A stretch of 64,000 bases of DNA from Lingula anatina (Eukaryota > Animalia > Brachiopoda). The DNA lies in the NCBI GenBank assembly GCA_051362555.1, contig CM120642.1:22878001-22942000 (forward strand). Reading direction: 5' to 3'. Numbering within the stretch: position 1 is the first letter of the stretch; every line of letters starts with the position of its first letter. The position numbers and the translations under genes are program-made. The notes under the pieces are model-generated. The model was not told where the DNA came from and ran no database searches. It saw nothing but the letters and a program-made list of their open reading frames with translations. Shown here in pieces: positions 38,595 to 51,667 of this stretch.

Positions 38595-40277
38595 ACACTG
38601 TATCACGAAAATCGTCCTTGCATTTTTAAGTGTCTGAAATGCAAGCAAAACGCCTTTCGTGCCCAGTTGCAACCAATGACTTATTTTATTAATTTTGCTA
38701 TTTTATAATGTAATGTGATCTATGATTGTCGTATCTGTAATTCTACTTATCACGAATGCTGCTGCCAAAGTTATAGTTTTTACCTTTACCAAAACAAATA
38801 TTGTCGCATTTTGACCTACATGAAACATCCGTAACGAAAATGCATTTTTTTCACCTGCATATTAGCTATAGATTATGTGTCTGTTGAGTGATTAGGCTCT
38901 AGGGCCTATATATCATACATTTATTGATAGCACTACATGTAGGGCCTATATTAAACACATCTCTTAGGGCATGAAAACATTTCTTCCTCTAGTGATTACT
39001 AAAAAGGGACATGAAAATATTACAGCTTTGTTTTCTTTCAATTAGTGTGACTTCATCCCCACAAAACCCAACAAGGAGCCGTCATCAACCATAGGGATAG
39101 ACAGATAGGCCTACATGTAGACAATTGGGGAGAGAATTGTTACCGAAATGTTTGCACCGTACATATTTTTTTACGTTGGTCAGAAATCCTAAAGTGGCAG
39201 TCATATTTTCTAATACTTACAAAATCTAGGTAAATTAGTGAAACTGAAAAATTGAACTTAGGACCTATGGCATGATTGAATTATAACCCAACAGAGGTGT
39301 TATAACCTCCGTTAAAAAAGGAAAATGGTGTACCGTGTTTACACATCAGCTACACGTGCAGAGGTAATGGTGTAGGTAAAAATTCTGACCCTTGTTCCTT
39401 TCAGAATGCCTCTTCATAACTTTTTTCCTTTAGAATATTTTAAAAAGTTTCCCAGTTTTGCGAACTCGTATTTCTGCATTTCTCGATTTGGAATTGAAAC
39501 CTTTTACGTGGAATGGCTGTAAAGGCAAAGAAGTGTTGAGGAAGGGGGGAATTTTTTATTTTTAGCATGCTATTTGTAGGCCTATAAAGTGTGGTACTCT
39601 AGACCCTTAGCAGATGAAAGTAAGAAACTTCTGATAGACCCGACAGACTGGGAAAAAGGAAAATTTTAACGTTTTGTGGACACCCCCATCCCACTCCTCT
39701 AAACAACCTGGGGCCCGTAACTCGAAAGCAACGCGTATTGCGAATAGCGATATAACATAATATATGGGGCGAGTATGGGCGAGTTGTGGAATCGAGACGC
39801 TTGCGCTCGCTCGCAATGCACGATGCTTTCGAGTTACACGGGCCTGGAGAACGAAAGGGAGTTGTAATTTTATGTTAACCGGAAAGGGCGTGGTTTTCCA
39901 TGCGCAGAATGGATAAATACGTGTCTCTTGCACTCAATGCACGTGCTTCCGGTGTTACTTACGTGACAGAAGTGAAACTAAACACATGACAGGTCAACTT
40001 CGTAGATGACAGGCGTAACAAGTGCATGCTCTTTGATCCATTGACTGAGGTTAATTACTTGAAGGTGCTGCGTGTGTTTTAGCAAGAATTTCGATTGTTT
40101 TCCCTGCAATTGAAGTTTTGATTTGTAACACACTGGATGAGCGGTAACCTGTGATGAAATAGTTTTGCATCAATTTCAGGATTCTTGACAGTGAACGAAT
40201 TAAGATGCCACAAGACAAAGCCTAATCAGAATGTACATGTACGAGCATTTTACTTCTGACAGGAAACCCCACTAAAT

Positions 40278-41946
40278 ATGTCTGAGTTGTCAACTCCGAA
40301 AAGGAAGCAACTTGGGATAGTGTCAAGAGATAATAACACACTGAATGAAAGCCCAAGCAGTAAATATGTCCTATCGAGAAGACAAACAACCCTTGACCAG
40401 TTTCTGTGCAAACCTATTAAAAGAAGGGAGAGATGTGACAGCCCCTGCCGAGGTCCCAGTGCCAATGCCCATCCCCCTGGGAGAAACTTGACACAGGCTT
40501 GTGAGTCACAATTAACTCTACATTTTATGGAATTAAAATTTCATACAATGTAATTTTATACATGTATCAAACATCATGACAAATTGCATTAGTGTATTAT
40601 TTAGAAACATATCTAAAAAAGTAATATCTTGGTTTATTTTAAGGTGACTTTTTGACTTTTTTGCACTGTCTGATAGTAGTATGCAGGACAATTTAATCAT
40701 AGTGTGTATTTTTGACAAAAATGTCTTCTCACAAATATTCACTTGGATGTGTGTGTGCATATGTAAATGTATTTTACCAAACTTTTGAAGTAAATTTCAA
40801 AATGCTTCACTGTTTTTTATAACTCAGTTTCATAAACAAGGGTCTTACAAAATTTGAAAAAGGAGATACTTTTCTTAATTTTATGTTATACTATATTTTA
40901 AAACTTATAATGTTTTTTTTGCAGATACTCCACGAAGCAAGAAAACAAGACCTAAGACAGATATTAAAGAGCATAAAACTGTAAATGTCGTGCAAAGTAC
41001 CAGTAGACAGGCTAATAATGTGGCAATAGAATCAAATAATTTTTGCCTAAAGAGGAGGCTCTGCTTTTTTCTAATACTTGTGTTATCTATGATTATAATT
41101 GGTGTTTTAAGGCAAGTGACACACCCTACTTGTGGACATTTAACCATGAATTTCACAGTCTTGGAGCTGGCTCTCAAGGAAAAGGTATTTGGGCAACACT
41201 TGGCTGTAAATATCAGCCTGAGTAGAATAAAGAGTTACCTGGAAGATACGGAAACTTTTCAGCCATTAGTGCTCTCATTTCATGGTTGGACAGGTGGAGG
41301 AAAGAACTATATGAGTTCCATTATTGCTGAGAACATACCTTATGTCAGACAACACAAATTTATAATTCCACTGCATTTCCCTAATCCATCTAATATGAAT
41401 AGTAATATGTATCAACATCAGATTACAGAGTGGATGAAATCTAATATATCAAATTGTGCAATAAATTTGTTCATAATTGATGAAATGGATAAAGCAAACC
41501 CAGGACTCATTTTAGGGATGCAGGAAACACTTGAAGAGCTGAGAGACTGGAAAGCTAAAGCCAAAACTATTGTCATATTTCTGAGCAACTCTCAAGGGAA
41601 AGCCATTAACCTCTTTATCTTAGATGCTCTGAGAAAGGGAAGACTGAGAGAAGACATCACTTACAGTGAACTGTCTTATTTATTCGAGTCTGCTGCTGAA
41701 ACCAATGTGTGGTTTCATGCTCTTCATAAAAAAGGACTAATTGATGCATATGTCCCCTTTCTGCCCTTGGAGAAAACCCATGTTAAGAGATGCATAGAAA
41801 GAGATTTGAAAGAGAAAGGTTATGCACCCAGTGAAAAGCTTGTTCAACATATAAGTGAACAGATGTTTTATTTTCCTGAAGAATTGCCTATTTTCTCTAA
41901 ATCTGGGTGTAAAAGGGTTAATACAAAAGTTGATTTGTCTTTATAG
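40278..41946 (+). CDS. Torsin-family AAA+ ATPase, type II membrane-anchored, ~414 aa. Exons 40278-40500 and 40925-41946
   Basis: VFGQHLA, PLVLSFHGWTGGGKN (torsin Walker A), FIIDEMDK (Walker B), IFLSN (sensor 1), VPFLPLEK.HVKRC, FSKSGCKRV (sensor 2). TM segment CFFLILVLSMIIIGVL. A phase-1 intron joins the two ORFs in frame. Confidence 0.9.
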
Positions 41947-41979
41947 ATATGCTTGTCATTTATATTCATGGAAAATAGT

Positions 41980-41980
<1 letters not shown>

Positions 41981-42016
<36 letters not shown>
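41981..42016. repeat. (ATT)n microsatellite in the torsin 3' UTR
   Basis: Direct reading. Confidence 0.9.
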
Positions 42017-42017
<1 letters not shown>

Positions 42018-42648
42018 TTTGAAAAATAATCAGTATTATTGAAATATAATTTGTTAGATTATCTTAATTATTTGTTGCAGGGTTATGGTAATACTTAGTA
42101 TATGTACTGTTGTGCCTGTAAGACCTGGACCTTGAGCATTTTATTTTTGGTTGTATATATTACAGTATGTAACCTTTTTTCTCCTTGTCAAACAATGTTT
42201 TATTAAATTGGGTTTATTAATTGCTAAATAAATTTTCTTTCTCTGAAACTGTTTCAATGCATTTGTAAATCAGTCTGAATCAAAAATATACATAAATGCT
42301 AAAAAAAGTGCAAAAAAAAAAAAAAAAAGTTGTAGTGCACAATGCCCAGTCAAAGAACGCCGTAATACCAGTACTTCTGGTAGTGCTATATATGTAGTAT
42401 TTTTAAAATGTTTTTGTTTTGCTTCCCAAGGCAAATAAAAATGTTTCATAAACAATTTCTTTTCTACTGATATTATTTTATTAAAATTACCACCACCCCT
42501 TTTTGTCAGCTTTAGGGATTTGACGTTCTTAAAATCTCTGTTCTTGGACCTGACATTGAATTTTGTACGAGATTAGTCATACATTTACAGGGCAGTGAAA
42601 GAAACTAGAAACAATAACGACATGCCGAAAGTACCCACAGACCGCAAA

Positions 42649-45600
42649 ATGGCAAGTGCTCGCATGGTAAACTTATTTTCTCGGTGGCCTAGAATTTGTG
42701 GGCAAATAAAGAGGTGAGTGTTACTGTTAATTTGAAAAAACGTAAGAACATTAACAAATGTTTAAAGATTCTTAGAATTTTAAATGTTGATCTTTGATTA
42801 ACTTCTTGATGCCTCTCATCTCAAACGTGAAGTTGTGCCATGGTCCTGCATTTGTCATTTTGCGTTCAACTTACAGTGTAGTTGTTGCCTCAGTTTTTGG
42901 CCTAACAGGCTAAGTACTTACCACAGGGTAAAACTTCACTCCACCTTGTGTGAGGAATTCTCAAGGCTGTAAATATCCCTACTCTGGGGAAACTGTGTGT
43001 CCAACATCGTCCACTGGCTTTCACGTTTATTGGTTAGAAAACGATTGTCGTAAAATAGCTACGTCATTTAAAAATCGGGCGTATAAGCTTTTAAAATAAC
43101 ATAAAACGGCCTTACACTGCTATACTTGTCTACCATAAAGCTAAAAATCCCATCTTAGTCGTTTTAAGTATTCAAAACGAATTTTATTAAATCCCCATAG
43201 AGCCCCATACAGTCAATAAAATGGAGAGCGCTTGCATAACAAGAATACCCCACACATGCAATAAAAATTCAAAATAAAATAGAGACACTCAAACTCACTC
43301 TACTTACATTAAACACCCTAGCCTACATAATTCCATTTATCTTTGTAAATCCCACTTGGACATCAGTAGAAGTCCACGATAAATGCTTACGAAGTCCTTG
43401 TCGTTTTAGAGTCTAAACAATTCTGAAATCATGAGTCGATTTTATGATAGTGATTTTCTAACCAATCAAGGTGATAGCCAAGTGTGATTTGTATTGGTTG
43501 TAAGGGTTTAGCCTTTTTATTCCAGCTCTGTGCCATGTAAAATACCTACGTACACTGTTTGTAAGTGATGTCAAATCTAGCCTTGAGACTTTATACCACA
43601 GCACAGCATATAAGGCAGAACACAGAGGAAATTTAAGTCATAGTACTCAAGCAGCTTAAATCGCATTTTATCAAATTTCCTTTATTTGGTATAACTTTAT
43701 TTAACATAGACACACTGCACATAATACAAGGGGTTGAAAATGCATTTTCCCAGCTATTTTTATTCTAGTAACCATCCTTCGGTACAAATACAACGGTTGT
43801 TCTGCAGTGAAAACCAGTCAGAAAAACTCTCATTATCAGAAAGACTCCCAGGTCTGCCCAATGTGAGGTATGCAGTAGCCAGTAAGGAACGGCACGAGAC
43901 TAAAGTGACCACATTGGAGAATGGACTCAGGGTGGCATCAGAGAAGAGTTTTGGGGATTGTTGTACTTTTGGAAGTACGAATATCTGTTTTTAAAGTTTT
44001 TATGATACTGACATATTTTGTTGTAGTTCTCTCAAATGCACTAGTGTGTTATTTAATTAAAGAAATTTATTGGAAGATTAAGTTTTATAACAAAGTTTGA
44101 GCACAATGTACATGGAACATTTTATAAAATTTTGATTTTCATGGAGTTTTAGTTGTGATTGACTCTGGGTCCAGATATGAAGTGGCATATCCAAGTGGAG
44201 TTGTTCATTTTCTGGAAAAATTGGCTTTTCATGTAAGTTGACTACTGTGTACTTCATTTGTTGACTCTAAAATTCTTGGATGTTTATATTTTACCCCAGA
44301 CTCCAGAATATCAATACTCACATCTGCACACACCTCTCACCCAACAAGTCACTTTTTGATATTTTTGGAATTCACTTTTTGAGCTTGTGTATGTACATTC
44401 TCTCTCCAAATTAGAAACTTACATTGTTAACTATCTAGACAAATATTCCTTTCTCACTTTCTCTTTATTCCAGGTGTAGTGTTAATATTCTTTGCATACC
44501 AGTAATAATACCTGCTTAATCCTACCTTTTTACTTAATGTAAAATTTTGTTCATAATACTGAGTACACATTCATCACTTTCATTTGTCTAACATCTAAGG
44601 ACTGACCTAATGTGTTTGAATGTGGGTGTGGTCATGTTTAGATTGTACATTTTGATTTATAATTAAAGAAAAAAGTTGCTCAGGTTTATTTCATTTTGAT
44701 ACAATTGTATCTTAATGTATTTTTAGTCAACCACAAAATACAGTGATAACAATGCAATTCAAGAGGTTGTTGAACCCCATGGTGGAATGATAGATTGTCA
44801 AGCACAAAGGTTGGTCATATCAAGACGTCGTTTTAACTTGTGGACCAGTAAACAGTCATTAATCCAGAGATATTCCAACTGAAGTCGCTGCCAAACATGG
44901 TATTTAAATATTTGAGAAGATACTCGGCTTTTAGTGTTACCTGTTCCTCTGGGGAGATGATTGGATCAGTTTCTTGTTCCTAATTTACAAGGCCACAGAT
45001 GCCTGATATGAGTATTTGATATGGTGGTTGTTATGTTAGAAATTCAGTGGATAATAGGGCAAGGTCAGTGAACATTTTTGAATGAAAGGAACCAGTGGAA
45101 TACAAAAAGCTTGTGTTTGTCACCTCATCTGAAGAATTTGGTTGATATGTGTGCTTTAATTGCATGGTGGAGGATATATGTGCACATTGATTTGTTAAGA
45201 AATGCTCTTTATCATACCTTTAATCAGCAGATACAAATGTCACTGGATTATAGGTTGACATTTTTTTTTCTTTTTCTTTAGGGATTGTTTAATGTATGCT
45301 TCATCCATAAGTCTAAAAGGCATAGAAGATGGAATGGATGTCATATCAGAAGCTGTATTAAGACCCAAATTAGAAGATGCAGAGGTATGTTGTTGATTAA
45401 GAAAATAAGAAAATGTATATTTGAAAAAAATTATTTAAATCTCAGCTATAACACTTCATTAAAGAATTGGATAATTTTCAGATATAAAGAAATACACTGC
45501 CTTTAATGTGATTTGTACATTTTGTTTTTGTGCCTTAGAAAGTTACTTTTTATGTTTGAATTCTTCTTAAAAAGCCCCAAAATACACAGTACATATTTTC

Positions 45601-48600
45601 ACATTTTTAAGTTGTCAATACAGTATGATGAAATGTTATCTGATAGATTGAAGAAGCCAGACAAGCAGTTGCGTATGAACTCAATTTATTGGACACAGAT
45701 CCTGACATGACTATGAACATAATGAATGAACTCATTCATGCTGTAAGTAAAATACCCCAGTGCTATTAGGTTGATAATGCTTAAATTATAATTATAATTA
45801 TTATTTTAACTCTTAAGTTGTTTTATATGTAATATGGGTTTAGAGAATGTGTTTAAATGTGGAAATCTGACACATTTTATACTGCATAATCGCAGTCCAG
45901 CAAAATGCACATTAATTTATTTTTCATTGCAGTCTTTATTTTGTATGACACTGTGTTTAGATGCATAGCCATCACCTGCATCTGTCATTACCTTTAATGT
46001 TGGCTTTTGCCATGCACCTTTTACTTGTAAACACCAATAAAAGAGAAATGTAATACACTGTACTTAACTTATTTTTCTCAAGCTAACTGAAGTGATTTAC
46101 AGGACTTAAATACTGCTTGACTTAGCTAGAAAAAAATGATTCCCAGTGGATTATTTTTCTTGAAGATAAGAAATATTTTGTGAATACATCATCACATTTA
46201 CATTTTCCAAGTGTGACTTTGAATTTCCATGGTTCTGAAGCATTGTGCTAGTTACATTGTAAACAGTAACAGAGCACATAATCAGAAAATGAAGGTGATT
46301 GTTGATCTCAATGTTATATTGCATCAGAGTAGGGAAAAAACTGTTTTACACTTTCATTGTTCTTTGATTTATTTCAGTCTGCATATAGGGACAACACAGT
46401 TGGATTGCCAAGGTATTGCAGCCCTGACAATATAAATAAGATAGACAAGAAAATATTATACACCTTCATGAAGAACTACCATACACCTGACCGCATGGTG
46501 CTATCTGGGGCAGGGATAGACCATGACCTACTTGTAGACTTGGCCAAGAAATATTTTACGAAAACACCTATTTGGGAGGAGGATGCTAAACTCATTGACC
46601 CCACTCTTGGACGAGATAGGTCGCTGTCTCAGTATACAGGCGGAATGATCAAGGTAACATATATGGGCATCTGTGTTATTTGGTCTGTCTTTGTATGCAC
46701 TGACAACGACTTGAGCACATGTAGAGAATCTATTGAGTCAGTGATCAGGTAGTGTAAGAGTAATCATATTATTTTGAATGTAGCTAAAACAAAAGAAATG
46801 ATTGTGGATTTTAGATGGAATCGGAATGTAAAGGCACCACTTATTGTTAATGTTGAGGTAAGAAGGGTAGAGAAGTTTAAACTTGTTGGCATTCATGGGA
46901 ATAGTATGCTTACCTGAAAAGATAACACCATGATGGGAGACTCTTCTCTTCCAGCATCACCACTTTTTACCTTTGTACCTTTGTATCAACAGTAGACTTA
47001 AAACTTTCAAAGGAAGTAAAATGCTTTTTAAGCAGTTTTTATCCAAGTGCAGTAATGCATTTTAATTTGTTTTTTAAACTTTATTCTTAATTTACTTATT
47101 GTATTGCTTTTACTTTGTGTATCTATCAAACTTGACTCCAGAGGAAAAAGATTTCTGATTTTATAATTGGCTGAATATATTCTGATCCTTTCTTATCTCA
47201 TGCTAATTTTAGGTTGATAAAGATCTGGCAGATGTACGGAATGGTCCCAATCCCATGCCGCAGGGTGAGCTCGCTCATGTTGCCATTGCCCTGGAAACCT
47301 GTTCCTGGCATGATGAAGACTACATCCCCTTCTCTGTGCTGGCCATGATGCTGGGGGGTGGAGGATCATTTTCAGTGGGAGGTCCAGGGAAGGGCATGTA
47401 CTCCAGACTCTATTTAAATGTTCTGAATAGGTAAGAAATGAAGGGGAAAAAAATTGTGAATAATTTATGTTGTTCTCAAGGGTCTACCTTGGATGATTCA
47501 AATAGGTAAGGTAAAGCCGGGTTTGTGGTTAACGGAGATCTTTGGTTTAACTTCACAGCACAATGCACCATCATATTCTTCAAACACCATCTATGAGATT
47601 GAGCAAGTGCTAACTTTGTAGACTTTGTTTTTGTGTGTATAACCAAAATCATATGACTTGTTACAAGATGATATTGTGTGCTATGTAAAGGATACAAATC
47701 AGATTAATTTAAATTAATGAGGTATAGCTGTGAATAAGACATGCTGTTGATAAACAAGGTTACTACAAAGTGATGGTGAAAATCTTTAATCATGCTTAAA
47801 TGTGAAATTTTAATCCATTTATGAAGTTTTTTTTTGACAATGAGTGTTTAAGCTGTTTGTCATGCTTAGTTATGGATGAAGAGGAATTAATAATATCAGT
47901 TTTTTTGTAATCTTGTATATGTATTATTAGTATAAAATAATTTGCATCTATTTTAGGTATTACTGGGTAAACTTTTGTCAGGCTTTAAATGTAACATATG
48001 ATGACACGGGTTTCTTCACTATTACTGCCAATGCGCATCCTTCACACGTAAGTTTTTTTTGTCTTAAATAGCGTGCTCTCGTTTTTCTGATACCTGAGGT
48101 TGAAAGAAAGACTTATGAATGTCCTATATAAATTTTGTTGAATGTAAAATGTAATTTTTACCAGACTAAAGTAAGAAATAGTTGTCAGGTGTTTTCTCTT
48201 TCATCAGGTTTTGGTGAAAAATAATCAATTTTTTTCATTGTATTTATTTATTTATTTTGTGTGCGTGTGTGTTCCATGGCAAGCATGCTTGGACATTCAG
48301 AATTGTTGTTAAGATAATCCATGAATGTCTTTTTTCCCTTGCAGCTGGGAGATTTAGTACAAATTGTCCAGAATGAGTTGTGTAAGACTGCAGGGAAAAT
48401 TACAGTAGTAAGTATGACAGCTGTGGAAAAGATAACCTGAGCTTAATGTTTGAATTTAAATTACTTGCAGGTATTTTTGTTTTAACCTTTAATAAAATAA
48501 TTTTTGAAATAATATTTTAGATTATTGTACATTGTAAATGAAGTTATAAAACCACGTGAATTAAATGTAATCTATCAATGTTTTGGAATAGAACTTTTTA

Positions 48601-49375
48601 AATACTTATACGATTCTAGCATGGAAACTTGCCACAGATAGTGTGTATAGTACCAAATAATGACAAGTTGAGCACATCAAATGTTGGTATGATAGTTCTT
48701 CTCTAAGGCATGGTGTTCTTCTAATTATAGAATGCTTATGGCAATGAACTGGAACGTGCAAAAATTCAGCTTAAATCCTTGCTACTTGGTCACCTAGAGT
48801 TACGGCCTGTTGTGTTTGAGGATATTGCTAGACAAGTACTTGCATCTGGTGAGAGGAAATCTGCCGAGTGGTATATTGAGAAAATAGGTAAGAGTCAAAA
48901 TGGAGGGCAGTGGTCAAATATTTTGATACAATCAAAAGTGCAACAAAAAAGTTAGTCTTTAAATTCTACTTAAAATTAAAATATCTGCCTCGTCTTAGCA
49001 GTGAATACGGCAACTTGCATGCATAGCATTTTGTAAGTTATAGATAAGAGATAAAAGTGGCCAGGAAAGAAAAGATCTTATGCAATGTCATTTTTTTTTT
49101 CTACGAAATGCAAATTCTAATTTTGATGTGGTTTCTCTTCAAAATAAATACATAAATACTGTGATGCAATTTCCTCAAGGCCACTGCTTTAATTTCTAGG
49201 TGCTGTCACAGAAGAAGACATTCAGCGAGTAGCCAATAGAATGTTACGCACACAGCCTGCAGTCGCCGCCATGGGAAACCTCGAACAATTGCCCTCCTAT
49301 GACAAGATTGCCAATGCCTTGGTTAAAGGATATAGTAGAAAATTCCTTGGAGGGAAAATATCATTATTCAGTTAA
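42649..49375 (+). CDS. PMPCA: Mitochondrial processing peptidase alpha subunit. Exons 42649 (or 42622)-42713, 43769-43974, 44153-44232, 44727-44809, 45282-45384, 45647-45743, 46378-46653, 47213-47430, 47957-48047, 48344-48406, 48732-48887, 49200-49375
   Basis: [50 protein letters not shown], glycine-rich loop [34 protein letters not shown]. Confidence 0.95.
42995..43500. mobile_element. Degenerate non-autonomous DNA transposon in PMPCA intron 1
   Basis: Inverted repeats ATTGGTTAGAAAACGATTGTCGTAAAAT (~43029) and ATTTTATGATAGTGATTTTCTAACCAAT (~43439), extending outward imperfectly. Confidence 0.6.
46700..47060 (+). mobile_element. Rex1/Babar-type LINE 3' fragment in a PMPCA intron
   Basis: Translates [28 protein letters not shown] and SFYPSAV, characteristic of Rex-Babar ORF ends. 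Contains stops and a deletion. Confidence 0.75.
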
Positions 49376-51493
49376 CATTTACAAAACAGACTTGATCTGA
49401 TCTTGCCTATAAAATGGCCAGCTATTGAGAGGAATGCAAATTGATGATCATGATATCAGTAGTACTATTTTCAATGGTAGTTTTAAGAGTAGATTCTGAA
49501 ATGAAGTTTCAATGGTGTAAGGCAAATATTTTAAGCCATCTGATTCTCTCAGTGCACAAAGATTATGAATGAGATTTTTTTCCTTTTGTAAATAGTGTGA
49601 AAGTAATGTTTCATCTGACTGCTTGTAAATATTTCAGTGAAGTCTTTTTCAGAAGGGAAAAGATGTATATATTCAAACTATTGGATATGCTTCTTGGAAG
49701 CACAAAAGTAAAAAATGGATGGTAAATCTTGTTGACTACTATAATGTAGCGAATATCCAGTTTTTTAGATTGTGGAAAAAATTAAATATTTTGTAGTTGG
49801 AACGTCTTTACATGGAAAGTTTTTTATATTATGTTATAAAGTTTGGTTAATCTAAGAAAACTGCAGTCAAAAGTAAGAAATCAATTCTCTGTACCTACTT
49901 GATTAAAAACACCAAATGCCAGCTGAATTGATGTTTTTTGAGTGCAACTTACACAATGCATTGAATTTCCAAGTCTTTGTCAAGATCTACAGTACTTAAC
50001 TCTTTCATACAATCAACTTAAATTAAGCAAGTTTTAGATACCATTTGTCTTCAAGTGGAAGTTACCAGATCATTACTTATGAGCATAGTGATCAATGTTA
50101 TGACAATAACAGCCACAGAACGCATTGTAGTATATAATAACAGTAACTAACTTGATTTGTTAAAACAGCTATGAAAGTTCATTTCTTGTCAAAAGTTTCT
50201 TCCCAATGATGAGGTTACTCCATTGATTGTGAAGTACACTTTACATCCTTTTGCCCCCAATTCTTGTTAAGAGAGCTCTTGGTATACTTTGTACATGAAA
50301 AATGGTCATGGCAGAAAACCAAGGTGATCTCATTGGTATACATTGTGCATAACTCGAACATTCTGAACCCAGAAAATATGTTCAAGTTGTGCAATGTTTA
50401 TAAAGTTTCAGCTAATATATAAAGAAAAGCACATTCAACAAAATTCGACTTATCAAGTGAAAAGATGCAGAGTCTGCCTTACCATAAATTGAAATCTCTG
50501 AGCCTTGAGGTTAAACAGGAATAGCAGTACCCAATTTTATAATGCTTCAGCAACTGTCTAATGCACAGTGCATTTCACAACTCTTGTATGCTGGCAGCAA
50601 AATCAATCTGAAGCAAACACTTCTACTTTGAGACACACACACATCTCCGAGTTAACCTTCATTTACTTTTATCACTATTAAACCATCATGATGGACACAC
50701 CCAACGGTGCCTTGCAATAAACAACTTTCTCTGTCACTTAGTCATGTTATTATTATTATTCTTATGTTAACTTTTATTTCCAGCCAGAGATAATAGAAAA
50801 GAGGACTTGGGTAAGAAGTATGTACTGCCCATGTAACATGTACTATACTGTACACTACCAGCAACCAAAAATTTTGACATGTACAAATACTGACTAGCAT
50901 ATGCCATATTTCTGTAACAGTTCTGTTATATTGCTGACATACAATGTTCTTTGGTTAAAACTTCAGTGACCTGAAAATGTCTTATCAAGTAGGAGTTCAG
51001 ACTGGCATTCCATAACATTTCTCCAAAAATTCGACTATGAAACTCTGGTGACTTTGCAGATATGTTGGACACAGGTGAAAATGCTAATTATGTACTGGTC
51101 TAAAATGTCAAAATATTAAATGAATCACAGAAAATTTGCACACAATCCATCAAACTAGTGACACCCTGATAAACAGTGTCTTGTATCCTCAAGTAAAATT
51201 CCAGTTCTCATTATTAAACTATGGCAATTATGATGCATGTTCCAATATGTTCTACCTTAAAGTGCTAATGATAAAATCAGTATCCCTTGACCTTTAAATA
51301 TTCTTTCCAATAAGATTATATTTCAACAACAACAGCAACAATTATGTATGAACAAAAAATCCACCAGACTAATGCTATTTGTATATTGCAGCTCCTATTA
51401 TAATATAAAACACATCCCTTTACCACGGTGAATTATTACCATAATGGTCAAGTAAACCAATAATTATCTGAGACTAGGACAGTGTACTCTGTG

Positions 51494-51667
51494 GTCACCA
51501 CCTGCCATCCTAGGTCCTCATTCTCCCAGTCACCACTTGCCATCCTCTCCCCGCTCTAGGTCCTCATCCTCCCAGTCACCACTTGTCATCCTCTCCCCAC
51601 TCTAGGTCCTCATCCTCCCAGTCACCACTTGTCATCCTCTCCCCACTCTAGGTCCTCATCCTCCCAA
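51494..51667 (-). repeat. 46-bp tandem repeat (3 full copies plus 1 deleted copy) containing the SCYL3 C-terminal codons and stop
   Basis: Unit (minus) TGGGAGGATGAGGACCTAGAGTGGGGAGAGGATGACAAGTGGTGAC. Confidence 0.92.

Noticed and set aside
44950-45010. Possible intronic C/D-box snoRNA (also ~53560-53600)
   Set aside because: C box imperfect, no terminal stem, no recognisable rRNA guide
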